DNA from: Laetmonice hystrix
Lineage: Eukaryota
Assembly (NCBI GenBank): GCA_965235115.1
Contig: OZ249440.1
Span: forward strand, 35,032,001 to 35,096,000
Direction of reading: 5' to 3'
Length of the DNA stretch: 64,000 nt
The position numbers and the translations under genes were made by a program. Of the stretch, positions 34,389 to 46,342 are shown piece after piece. Every line of letters starts with the position of its first letter. Position 1 is the first letter of the stretch. Below the pieces are notes generated by a model. It ran no database searches. It was not told the DNA's origin and was given only the letters and a program-made list of their open reading frames with translations.

Positions 34389-34776
34389 TGTCCCTGATCC
34401 ACCGGTGGCGATTAGGCTTCGTGATGGGTTGGCGACATGTTTGTGACATCTTCGCGACAGCCCGAGCATCTAAAAATTGCTCGGCAATCACGAAACACAA
34501 TTTTGGTGGATCAGCTTTGGAGACGGATTGGTGACAGCTTCGCAACACACCTGGCTTTGTGACAGCATCGCGACAGGTGTCGCCAATATCAAACAAGTTT
34601 GATATTCGTGACTGGCAACGGACGCAGTTCGCGAGGGTGTTGTTGTCGCAACCGGTGGATCAGGTATGTGATTTTCGTTACACCTTGGTGCGTGCTTCGA
34701 GACAGCTTGGTGACTTACTGAATCATCTCCATCGCGAAGCTGTTACGAACGTGTCGCCACCGGTGGATTAGGGCCA
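34389..34776. mobile_element. MITE, PIF/Harbinger-like
   Basis: About 23-bp TIR TG(T/G)CCCT(G/A)ATCCACCGGTGGCGA; flanks TTA / TCA (imperfect 3-bp TSD). Confidence 0.7.
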
Positions 34777-35500
34777 TCAGATTGCATGGCGCTGGGGGAC
34801 TGCAGACAATGCAGAAACTTTGCCATATCTGTGGCCCGATGGTCGGTCAGTGGGACATGACAAACAGTCCACTTTCAAGTGTGGGGCATTAGGTGTATAT
34901 TGAAATATGTATGAGGTTATACCAATAAGGACACTCGTGATGTGGGGAAACGCAGAGATCTTCCAAAGTGCGGTGTATTCTCCCGATTCACCTGGCGGAT
35001 CACGGCGAAATGATGAAATGAATAAGGGGTATTTTTCCTGTAATGTTGCCCCCGTGGGGACCGGGGTAAGAATGTTCCCCACCCCCCCTGGCTGTTCGTA
35101 AGAGGCGAATAAATGGGGCGACTTGTTTGCCGTGAGTCGCGACCCGTGTCGGTGGAGGAAGAGGTCCTGGTACCTGAGGACGGTGAATTGCTGCGGCTTT
35201 TCACAGGAGGTTGGAGAGGCCCGATCCAATCAATCGGCTGGTCACGCCTTGCCCTAGGATTTTTTTGTATTGAGTACGCTTTACACTGAATTTAATTCTC
35301 TTATACAATAGGAAACATCTATCGTAACTATTTCTTCTTTATTCCTAGAAGGCGGTGGCTTAGGGTCAATCGAGTAATGGCAACACCCTCTTTCGTTCCA
35401 TTGCTTGAGTATACCAACCCTATATCCTTGGTTTGCAACTGCTGGTTACCGCAGCTCTGCACTTCCCCTTGTTGGGCTCCGTGGAGGGTGAGGAATAGGG

Positions 35501-36784
35501 TTGGTGAAACACTCAAACACAACCATGGCATCAAACAATCCCCCAAAAAGAAAACTGATCAAACTGACGGATTATGACTCGGACCGACCTGTGGACAATG
35601 AACCTGTATCTGAATGGCCAAGATTCATTACTGTAGAGTCATCAGACCCTGAACGGCCTATCTCCAAGCTATCTCCTTTTGCCGTACACAAAGGCATACT
35701 GGGGATAGCTGGAACGGTCAAAGACTGTAAGAAACTGAGATCAGGGCAGCTTTTGGTAGAGTGTGCCACGAGAGTCCAAGCCGAGAACTTGTTGAGTGCC
35801 ACAACACTTGCAGGTTACGGCATAAAGGCCTCTCGTCACCGCACACTCAACTCCAGCAAGGGCGTTATTCGAACGTATTCTCTAGCCACAACACCTGAAG
35901 AAGAGATCCTTGCTGGGTTGAGTTGGCAAGGTGTGTCGGAGGTGAGAAGGTTGATCGTAAAGAGAGATGGTAACACCATTAAGACTCATACATACTTTCT
36001 CACCTTCAACAGGCCCACTGTGCCTGAGGAACTTGAGGTTGGATTCTTGAAGGTCAAGGTAGATCCATACATCCCAAATCCTCTTCGCTGCTATAAATGC
36101 CAGAGGTTTGGGCATGGGACAGACTCGTGTCGAAATGTGCAGAAATGTTCTCAATGTTCAGAGACAGGCCATGATCATACCACCTGCAAGAACTCGCCTA
36201 AATGTGCCAACTGTGGGGAAGGCCATTCTGCCATTTCGCGCGATTGTTCTGTGTGGAAAAAGGAGAAAGAAATCCTTAAGGTGAAAACTGAACAACGGAT
36301 AAGTTTTCCCGAGGCACGTAAGTTGGTGGAGTAGTATATGCTTCCACCAACCGTAAAAACCTATGCTGCCGCTACAAAACCTACCACACGGACGTTCGCG
36401 TGTCAAACGGAGATGGTGTGGGTCAAGAGGGATGTGCCCGTGACCTACACTGATCCCGCTGACAGCACAAGTCAACCACCTAAAAAAGCTGTCAACACAC
36501 AGAGCCAGACAACCTCAGTTCCTCCTCCACAGGCCGGACCGAGCAAACCCCCCACTTCTCCCAAAAAAGACTCTGTCACTCCCGTTCAAGCAAAAGATAA
36601 AACAAAAAAGAAAATAATCACAGATCGGCTGCCGAAGGCAGCCTCCAACAATAGTGCAATAGCACTCACAAACAAATTTCAGCATCTTCAAGATGTTGAA
36701 ATGGCTGATGCTGCGACTTGTCGTAGTCGCAGCCTTTCCCCCAAAATAAAATCTAGGGGGCGTTTGCCTGTTAAACCACCTTGA
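35501..36784 (+). pseudogene. LINE ORF1 with premature stop
   Basis: CAG in copy A is TAG at 36332-36334; otherwise nearly identical to 1586-2860. Confidence 0.93.
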
Positions 36785-39700
36785 TGGCAGGCAAGTGCTA
36801 CCTCCAGTGGAATTGTCGAGGTTTTAGAGCCAATTTTAATGAACTCAGACTTTTAGCAGAAACCCTCAACCCTCTTGCCCTTTGCCTACAAGAAACATTT
36901 CTTACTGCCCGAGACAAGGTCTCATTTAAGGGCTATCAGACTTTCTTTGGTTTTGCACCAGATGGTGACCGTGCTGCTGGCGGCACTGCCATTCTGGTTC
37001 GACAAGACCTCATCCATAGCCCAGTTACAATAGACACACCGTTACAAGCAATAGCCATACGCCTAACTCTGCATAAAGCCATCACTATCTGCTCCATATA
37101 CATTCCTCCAAACAGTAACTTGGCCCACCAGGATCTTGATGATCTAGTGGGTCAACTACCATCCCCATATCTCCTTTTGGGAGACTTTAACGGCCATAAT
37201 CCCTTATGGGGTGGCACCACAACTGATGGTAAGGGCAAGAGGATTGAAGAGTTCATTGACAATCATGCTCTGTGCATTTTTAATGACGGTTTAAACACAT
37301 ACTTACATCCCGGTCATGGCACTTATACAGCCATTGACCTTGCAATAGCTGAACCAGATCTGCTGCTGGATTTCTCCTGGAGGGTCTGGGACGACCTTTG
37401 CGGGAGTGACCACTTTCCCACCATACTTGCATATGAAGGGCCTGACATGGGGGAAAAACAACAAAGGTGGCAACTTAAAAAAGCCGACGGCACTCCTTCC
37501 AGACCCTCTGTCGGGAGGAATTCACAGCAGACAACATTAACGATCCCGATGCAATGGAGCATTTTACCTCACTTTTGATCTCCATTGCAGACAAGACAAT
37601 TCCTAAAACCTCGACAATTCCTAAACATGTCTCAAATCCATGGTTTAATGCAAGCAAGCAATTAAAGACCGGAAAAAGGCAGAGCGCCTTTTTAACAGGC
37701 ATCCAACTGCAGTTAACCTTACTAACTTTAAAATCAGGAGAGCAAGGGCACGCCGTATCTGTAAAGAGAGACGGAGGCAGAGCTGGAGAGACTACGTCTC
37801 CAGCCTGACCTCTCGTACTCCCATCAAAAAAGTCTGGAGCATGATACGGAAACTTAAAGGCAAGGGAGGTGGTACTGGAGTCCAACACTTAAAACATCAA
37901 GACAACTTACTAACCACCACAGATACAATAGCAAACAAACTGGCTGATACCTTTCAAACTAACTCCTCCTCCAGGAACTGCCTCCCTCAATTCCAAGCCA
38001 TTCGTGCCCAAAAAGAAAAACGAAAACTGACATTCCATTCTGACAACAGAGAAGAGTATAACGAACTCTTCTCCATTGAAGAACTAAGATGCTCTCTTAA
38101 GAAATCACACGACACTGCAGTTGGACCTGATCAAATACATTACCAATTCCTCAACCATTTACCCGACACCACACTTCTCATCCTTCTCCACATTTTCAAC
38201 AATATTTGGATAACTGGTAATATTCCACTTTCCTGGCAAGAAGCAATAATCATTCCCATCCCAAAACCAGGAAAAGACCATAGTGAAGCTAACAATTACA
38301 GACCAATAGCCCTAACAAGTTGCTTGTGTAAAACCATGGAGAGAATGATTAATGATCGCCTCGTCTGGAAGCTGGAGTCTGAGCAACTCATCACTGAGTT
38401 TCAGTGCGGCTTCCGGCGAGGGAGAAGTACTCTCGATCATCTCATTAGACTTGAGACATACATCCGAGATGCTTTTATCAACCGTGAACATGTTGTTGCC
38501 GTCTTTTTTGATCTAGAAAAGGCATACGACACAACATGGAAGTACGGCATTTTAAAAGATTTGCATGATATGGGTTTTAGGGGGCGTTTGCCCATTTTTA
38601 TATCTCGGTTTTTATCGAACAGACACTTTCAAGTCAGAGTAGGCACTACCCTCTCTGACTTGCATGACCAAGAATTAGGTGTGCCTCAGGGAAGCATTTT
38701 GTCTGTTACCCTTTTTAGTCTTAAGATCAACAGCATTGTTAACTCTTAAAACTGGCATGCCCTGTAGCCTGTTCGTTGATGACTTTAACGTCTGCTGCAG
38801 AGGCAAAAACATGAATGCCATTGAAAGACAACTCCAACTTTGTCTTAATAGAATCCATACTTGGTCAGTTGAAAATGGTTTTAAGTTTTCCAAATCTAAA
38901 ACGGTCTGCATGCACTTTTGCAAGCTGCGTGCCTTCCATCTTGACCCCGAGTTGACAATGGATGGAGATCCTGTCAAAGTTGTTAAAGAGACAAAGTTTC
39001 TAGGTCTCACTTTTGACAGCAAGCTGTCTTTTATTCCACACATTAAATCGCTAAAATCCAGATGCCTTAAAGCTCTGGATGTTCTCAAGGTTTTATCTGG
39101 CACAAACTGGGGGGCAGACAGTACAGTCCTTTTACAACTGTACAGAGCTTTAATCCGGTCGAAGCTCGATTACGGCAGCATAGTTTACGGCTCTGCTTGT
39201 AAGTCTTACATACGGCTTTTGGACACGGTTCACCACCAGGGTTTGCGGCTTTCACTTGGGGCTTTTAGAACGTCTCCTGTTCAGAGCCTCTATGTGGAGG
39301 CCAGAGAGCCCTCGCTTTACAACAGGCGTCTGAAGCTGGCTCTGCAGTATGCAGTCAAGCTCGGGACAAACAGTTCAAATCCAGCTTACAACTGCGTTTT
39401 TCACCCTCAGTTCCAACATTTATATGAAAGAAAGGAAACGTACATACGTCCTTTTGGACTGAGGGTGAAACCTCATCTAGAGGAACTGGATATTGATCTG
39501 AACGTCCTGGGGCAGACACACTTTTGCAACATTCCTCCTTGGGACCTGGAAAAGCCTGACGTCATCCTTCAGTTGGCTCAACTGAAGAAGTCAGAGACTC
39601 ATCCCCTGACATATTTTGAACATTTTCTTGGCGTCCAGGCAAGGTACCCCTCACATTATGCCTTCTATACAGATGGCTCAAAGGATGGCAGTGATGTGTC

Positions 39701-40457
39701 TGCAGCTGCAGTTCATGGCAAGCACAACTTCGGCACCCGCATCTCAGGGCAAAGTTCCATCTTCTCAGCAGAGGCCCGGGCCCTGCTTCTTGCCCTTGAA
39801 AATATTAAAGTTTCTAGTGAAAAGGATTTCCTTATTTTCTCGGATTCCTTATCCTGTCTGCAAGCACTTGCTAACTTGAACACAGATCACCCGGTGATCG
39901 TTCAAATCTTGTCCAAGTTGGCAGTGCTTGCCAATGCAAACTTTGATATTCACTTTTGCTGGGTGCCTGGGCATGTTGGTATCCCAGGCAATGAGCAAGC
40001 TGACAGAACTGCCAAGAGGGCTCTTGAAACAGACGTCGAACTGTGTCCAATCCCAGCCTCTGACCTCAGACCTACCATCTGGGCATACATTAAGAACAAA
40101 TGGCAGGCTGAATGGGATGAACAACCAAACAATAAATTGTACCAGATCAGTCCTGTCGTGAACCAAAGGTGTCTTCACGGCCTAACCCAACGTAGGCATG
40201 AAATTGTTTATACTCGATGCAGGATTGGTCATTCTAGATTAACCCACGTGTTTTTATTCAAGGGGGAGCCACCTCCAGAGTGTCATGGCTGTCAGTGTCC
40301 TTTGACACTGAAGCATCTTTTACTTGAGTGTGGTGATTTTACTCTGATCAGACAACGGTTTTATAGTGAGACAAGTCTTAAGGATCTTTTTAACAATGTC
40401 AGACCAGGAGTGATTTTAGAGTTTTTGTCAGAAGCTGGACTTCTGACTCTTTTATAG
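36784..40457 (+). pseudogene. LINE ORF2 (APE, RT, RNase H, zinc knuckle), frameshifted
   Basis: Pieces 36781-37578, 37841-38749, 38679-40457; DLEKAYD, GVPQGS, LFVDD, YTDGSK, WVPGHVGIPGNEQAD, CHGCQCPLTLKHLLLEC. Confidence 0.95.
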
Positions 40458-40980
40458 TTCAGGCTCGTCGATGGCCCGGTTGGGCTGACAGGATGGAGTG
40501 TGTTTTAATGATATTCCCGTTGGGGCCCGGGATAAAATAGGTTCCTTTCATTTCATGGTCTTTTTAACCCTGTTTTCGCCGTGAAGATGGCCCCAGATGC
40601 CGGCACGGCGGAAAACCACCACTACTCACTCACTCACTCCTGTAATGTTGGCAGAATCGGCGAAACATTCGCACACACGAAATTACCATCTATTCCGTGC
40701 CCCTTTAGGTTTCTCAAGATGCCCACAGCCAACACCAGGTGGCAGCATGAGAAACTGTGGCTTCCAGTAGGGCTGCACGGGTCGTCTGTTCTGGGCGTTT
40801 TCTTGGACATGTCTGTCATTTTGTGGCTCTTTTATTCTGATGTGTATATTTTTGTTTGTGCAGCGCCCCCAAGGGGACTGTTTGGCTGTGTTATTTTGTT
40901 TGCATATAAGGCAATTAATAATGTAAAATAAATATATTCTTTGATTACATGAAACTTCTAGATCGCCTAATTTTTGCACG

Positions 40981-41385
40981 AGTAATTTGGCAACGATTTT
41001 CCCGCTCACCCGCTTAATGCTGACGTGGGGAAAAGGCTGATATCTTCCAATTTGCTGAATATTTCGTTACGAAATTTTAAGAAGAGACGCCGAATGATAA
41101 AAGGAACAAATCAGTCGGCCCATGTTAGGTCTAAATGGCTATTATTTATATGTCTTGCAATTTTATCTGCCAGCTATCCCGCCCCGCGCCATGCCCCGGT
41201 CCGCCGCGCCCTGCGCCGCCTGGCCCAGCGCACCCCGCGCCGCCCCGCGCAGCGCGTGGTGTAAATACATCAGTACATAGGCAGGTACATAGGCCTTTGC
41301 AGTCTGCAATGAAAAGGGATTAATTATTGACCTAGGAGAAGCTAATATCTTTCATAGGCCTGGGTATTTTTCAACCCAAATTTAG
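40981..41385 (+). repeat. Diverged dispersed repeat, copy 2
   Basis: See 33345-33700; this copy has an expanded GC-rich CCCCGCG segment. Confidence 0.7.
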
Positions 41386-42570
41386 GAGCAGATTTTATGT
41401 TTTCCTACATTTCCCAAATAGTTTTTCGAGTTATGAGGCCTTGAATATGTGTTGAAATTCGTTCAAAACCACTGTTGAGCTATAGGGGGGATATTTGAAA
41501 TGACAAAATTAATTACCGCTTAATTACTGGGCCGATTGAGCTATAGGAAAAGTATAGTGATGCTGTAGGCCATTTCAATGTCCCAGTGAAGCCAAAGTTT
41601 GAATTCTTTCACTTTGGCTACAGGCATCAGATTGAGAGTTTGAAATAGGTTATTGTTAGACCTCGGAGCCGTAAAAGTGATAGGAAAATCGTCAGAAACG
41701 AAGTGCTTTGATAGTGCGTCGTCCCACTCGGCATGTTCAAAAGGTTACATTAAACATGGTAGAAAGTTGTTGATGAGATTGTACAAAGTGCTAATAGGAA
41801 AGCAACGCTATACATGTTTACGCTAAAAGAGAATACTTTGAGATATTATAAACAGTTGAAGACGGGTAGTTAAATAGTCTGCGTCAGGGAAACAGCGGCC
41901 GGGCTGCCGCCCTATGTGACGTCATAGCGAGCAGACGATGCCGGGCGGCGGGAAGCGTCCCGCCGAGCACGTTCTAAGGTCACCATAAACCATGCGTGTA
42001 TCGGGCTGTCCTATTAATTAATGTATAGTTTTGCTTGAAACTTGCTCAGTAGTAAAGCACGATTATCTCGAGGGTGGTAACTTTTAAGAGGAGACTCCAA
42101 GTACTCTGAACGGGGGCTAGGTGAAGTCGGAACTAAATTACCGGCTGAGAAACCAATTGTGTCATGCATAGAAAAGGGGCCAAATACGGGTGTGCACAGT
42201 CGGTCTTATTTCCGAAAGTAATGCGTATTTCTCTTACTAAATTATCGGAGGAGATGCAGGGGAATACATTAGCAAAAATTATGCAATGCATCTTTGACAT
42301 GCAGGCGAGTGAATCTACTTTGAGAAGTCGGGTATGTAAATCGTTTGTGTGAGGGTATTTGGTGAAACGGAGGTTTGTTAATATATAAATTCTTTGGCTC
42401 GGATGCCATCACAGGTCACTGGGGGGGATATATTTGTACAAGGGATGCGAACGTATATAGGTCGTTCAAAATAAAGAATGTAAACGAAAACAAAATGCGT
42501 AAATACATTGGAACCAAGGGACGGGAACGTCACACATGATATAGAGATGGATCTTTTGTGATAGATTGTG

Positions 42571-42638
42571 GGCCCTAAGAAGGGCCTTTTGGTTGTGGCC
42601 CTAAGAAGGGCCTTGTGGTTTTGGCCCTTAGAAGGGCC
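42571..42638. repeat. Three 26-bp-period mini-hairpins GGCCCTWAGAAGGGCC
   Basis: Units at 42571, 42597, 42623. Confidence 0.85.
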
Positions 42639-42672
42639 TGACAGTTGGAGCAGGCGGTGAGAGCCGTGTCAC

Positions 42673-43245
42673 TTAGAGAGCGTCGCCAATGACTCTCACC
42701 GCCACGCGGATGCTTCGAGTCAGCTGCGTTGAGGTGGAGGCCGTCCCGGGCGTGTAGCACCAGACGACCATCCGTGCCGCGAGGTCCTGGTGCACCCAGG
42801 TGTGCACGACCCCGGTGTTGTCGGCCTCCACCATCTCTCGAAGATGCAGGTTGAACCGCTCGATCACCCGATTGCGTTCGATGACCGAGCGGTCCCTCCC
42901 CACTGTCGGCAAGACCTCGGCGAGGACGACTTGGCAGCCAGTCTCTCTGGCCAGGACCCGGCCCCAGTCCACGAGTTCCCAAGCCAGGTCCTGGCTTCTG
43001 TAGTGTGGTGTGGTGGCTGTCAAATCGTTCACGCCGAGGTCGATGTAGACCACATCAGGGCGGAGAGAGGCCACATCCCTGAGCAGACGGTCGTCAAGGG
43101 ATGTGATCCGTCTCCCGCCCCGTGTGATCCACGTAATCTCCCAGGACTCCAACCCGAGGTTGGGTGGCGCCGCCCTCTGCGCGTGGCGCCGGAGCCGCGC
43201 CATAAAACTATGCCCGATGATGATTAACCGGCGTCATTGGTCCAT
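42673..43245 (-). pseudogene. SGNH/GDSL hydrolase (esterase), intronless, disrupted
   Basis: MDQ*RRLIIIGHSF (block I), RGG (II), LGVND (III), RDGLHL (V, in a shifted frame); TATATAAG about 35 nt upstream of the ATG. Confidence 0.8.
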
Positions 43246-43400
43246 GATGAGTGTGTGCAGAGTTTGAAATGTCAGGCTCTTATATAGGCCCTTTACCACG
43301 TGGTTAGTGCCAATTTCGAAACTCGTCGTGCATGCCGTCAATGGCGGTGGTCAAGGACATCTTTCGTGTTGAGTGACATCGTTCACTCAAGCCACGTCTT

Positions 43401-43550
43401 GACACTTGCTATTCTTACCCATGGACGTTCCCCCCACCCACCCCCCTTCCATCTTGACACTTGCTATTCTTACCCATGGACGTTCCCCCCACCCACCCCC
43501 CACCCACCCCGACACTTGCTATTCATACCCATGGACGCTCCCCCCACCCT
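43401..43550. repeat. Three 55-bp tandem units with C-rich tracts
   Basis: GACACTTGCTATTCWTACCCATGGACG at 43401, 43456, 43511. Confidence 0.88.
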
Positions 43551-43750
43551 CCCAGCCCAGCCGTGAATGATGAATGGCTGGTAAATGAGACATTTTAAGA
43601 AAAATACAATAGATTACAAATAAAAAAAATAAATGTTCTCATTATTTCAAGATATCACTGATCATGTCTGGGTATTGCATATATTCCTGTCAAGTTGATA
43701 TATAGGCCTAGTATAAAATATGAGACATTGTATTCCCTATTTATTACATG

Positions 43751-45522
43751 CCCCCCCCCCCCCCCCGTGGGGACCGGGGGGGGGGGCATGTTTGCCGTGA
43801 GTCGCGACTCGTGTCGGTGGAGGAAGAGGTCCTGGTACCTGATGACGGTGAATTGCTGCGGCTTTTCACAGGTCCAACACGGTGCTTTGGCTCCTACTTC
43901 ACCTAGACGGGAGGTTCGAGAGGCCCGATCCAATCAAACGGCTGGTCACGCCTTGCCCTAGGATTTTTTGTATTGAGTACGCTTTACAGTGAATTTAATT
44001 CTCTTATACAATAGGGAACATCTATCGTAACTATTTCTTCTTTATTCCTGCTGCAGAGGCAAAAACATGAATGCCATTGAAAGACAACTCCAACTCTGTC
44101 TTAATAGAATCCATACTTGGTCGGTGGAAAATGGTTTTAAGTTTTCCAAATCTAAAACGGTCTGCATGCACTTTTGCAAGCTGCGTGCTTTACATCTTGA
44201 CCCCGAGTTGACAATGGATAGAGATCCCGTCAAAGTTGTTAAAGAGACAAAGTTTCTAGGTCTCACTTTTGACAGCAAGCTGTCTTTTATTCCTCACATT
44301 AAATCGCTCAAATCCAGATGCCTTAAGGCTCTGGATGTTCTCAAGGTTTTATCTGGCACAAACTGGGGGGCAGACAGTACAGTCCTTTTACAACTGTACA
44401 GAGCTTTAATCCGGTCGAAGCTCGATTACGGCAGCATAGTTTACGGCTCTGCTTGTAAGTCTTACATACGGCTTTTGGACACGGTTCACCACCAGGGTTT
44501 GCGGCTTTCACTTGGGGCTTTTAGAACGTCTCCTGTTCAGAGCCTCTATGTGGAGGCCAGAGGCAAGGTATCCCTCACATTATGCCTTCTATACTGATGG
44601 CTCAAAGGATGGCAGTGATGTGTGTGCGGCAGCAGTTCATGGCAAGCACAACTTTGGCACCCGCATCTCAGGGCAAAGTTCCATCTTCTCAGCAGAGGCC
44701 CGGGCCCTGCTTCTTGCTCTTCAAAATATTGAAGTTTCTGGCAAAAAGGACTTCATCATTTTCTCGGATTCCTTATCCTGTCTGCAAGCAGTTGCTAACT
44801 TGAACACAGATCACCCAGTGATCGTCCAAATCTTGTCCAAGTTGGCAGTGCTTGCCAATGCAAACTTTGATATTCACTTTTGCTGGGTGCCCGGCCATGT
44901 TGGCATACCGGGCAATGAGCAAGCCGACAGAACTGCCAAGAGAGCGCTTGAAACAGACGTCGAATTGTGTCCAATCCCAGCCTCTGACCTCAGACCTACC
45001 ATCTGGGCTTATGTTAAAAACAAATGGCAGGCCGAATGGGATGAACAACCAAACAATAGGTTGTATTAGATCAGTCCCATCGTAAACCAAAGGTATCATC
45101 ATGGCCTAACCCAACGGAGGCATGAAATTGTTTTTACTCGATGCAGAGTTGGTCATTCTAGATTAACTCATGTGTTTTTATTGAAGGGGGAGCCACCTCC
45201 AGAATGTTATCGCTGTCAGTGTCCTTTGACACTGAAGCATCTTTTACTCGAATGTGGTGATTTTACTCTCATCAGACAAAGGTTTTATAATGAGACGAGT
45301 CTTAGGGATCTTTTTAGCAATATCAGACCAGGAGTGATTTTAGAGTTCTTGTCAGAGGCTGGACTTCTGACTCTTTTATAGATGTGTTTTGGTGGTGTTA
45401 ACGTTGGGACCCGGGATAAAATAAGTTCCTTTAATTTTATGGTCTTATAACTCTGTTTTCGCCGTGAATATGGCCCCGGATGCCGACACGGTGCAAAATC
45501 ACCACTACTCACTCACTCACTC
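43751..45522 (+). mobile_element. Internally deleted LINE copy E (5' UTR joined to 3' ORF2 and tail)
   Basis: 5' UTR to about 44049, jump to CCRGKNM region of RT, second deletion at about 44562, RNase H with stop at 45067-45069, 3' UTR and ACTC tail. Confidence 0.93.
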
Positions 45523-46121
45523 TCAGCAGAGGCCCGGGCCCTGCTTCTTGCTCTTCAAAATATTGAAGTTCTGGCAAAAAGGACTTCCTCATTTTCTCGG
45601 ATTCCTTATCCTGTCTGCAAGCATTTGCTAACTTGAACACAGATCACCCAGTGATCGTCCAAATCTTGTCCAAGTTGGCAGTGCTTGCCAATGCAAACTT
45701 TGATATTCACTTTTGCTGGGTGCCCGGCCATGTTGGCATACCGGGCAATGAGCAAGCCGACAGAACTGCCAAGAGAGCGCTTGAAACAGACGTCGAATTG
45801 TGTCCAATCCCAGCCTCTGACCTCAGACCTACTATCTGGTCTTATGTTAAAAACAAATGGCAGACCGAATGGGATGAACAACCAAACAATAAGTTGTATC
45901 AGATCAGTCCCATCGTAAACCAAAAGTATCATCATGGCCTAACCCAACGGAGGCATGAAATTGTTTTTACTCGATGCAGAGTTGGTCATTCTAGATTAAC
46001 TCATGTGTTTTTATTGAAGGGGGAGCCACCTCCAGAATGTTATGGCTGTCATTGTCCTTTGACACTGAAGCATCTTTTATCCGAATGTGGTGATTTTACT
46101 CTCATCAGACAAAGGTTTTAT
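45523..46121 (+). mobile_element. LINE fragment F (RNase H region), abutting the tail of copy E and cut by the Ngaro element
   Basis: Near-identical to 44688-45288; ends at AAAGGTTTTAT. Confidence 0.92.
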
Positions 46122-46342
46122 GGGGGATAAAAATAGCCAGGTTTTGTCCGTATAAATCGGCGTGATCAGCCCTCGTCTGGCCACCCGGGTGACGGTCGGC
46201 GGGCAACTTGAAGTGCCCACTCGAAAGTGTCAGTCAGTTCATTATTAGTGTGTGAGTTGGTTTATAAGGGTGTCGGGGCAGAGGCCAGTCAGTCTTCAGC
46301 TGGCAGCCTACACGAATTGCTGGGGAAAAATAGAGAAGCCGC

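Larger units (their letters stand above)
35049..40637 (+). mobile_element. Full-length I-group (Nimb/I-like) LINE, copy D
   Basis: 13-bp TSD TCCTGTAATGTTG (35036-35048 / 40638-40650); 5' UTR, ORF1, ORF2 (APE-RT-RNase H-CCHC), 3' stem-loop, (ACTC)n tail. Confidence 0.97.

Noticed and set aside
40515..40545. Twister-ribozyme-like CCCGGGATAAAA in the LINE 3' UTR
   Set aside because: Could not build the twister P1/P2/P4 and pseudoknot pairings by eye.
42673..43245. SGNH ORF as part of the Ngaro element
   Set aside because: Opposite strand, outside the A1-B2 boundaries and separated by LINE copies.
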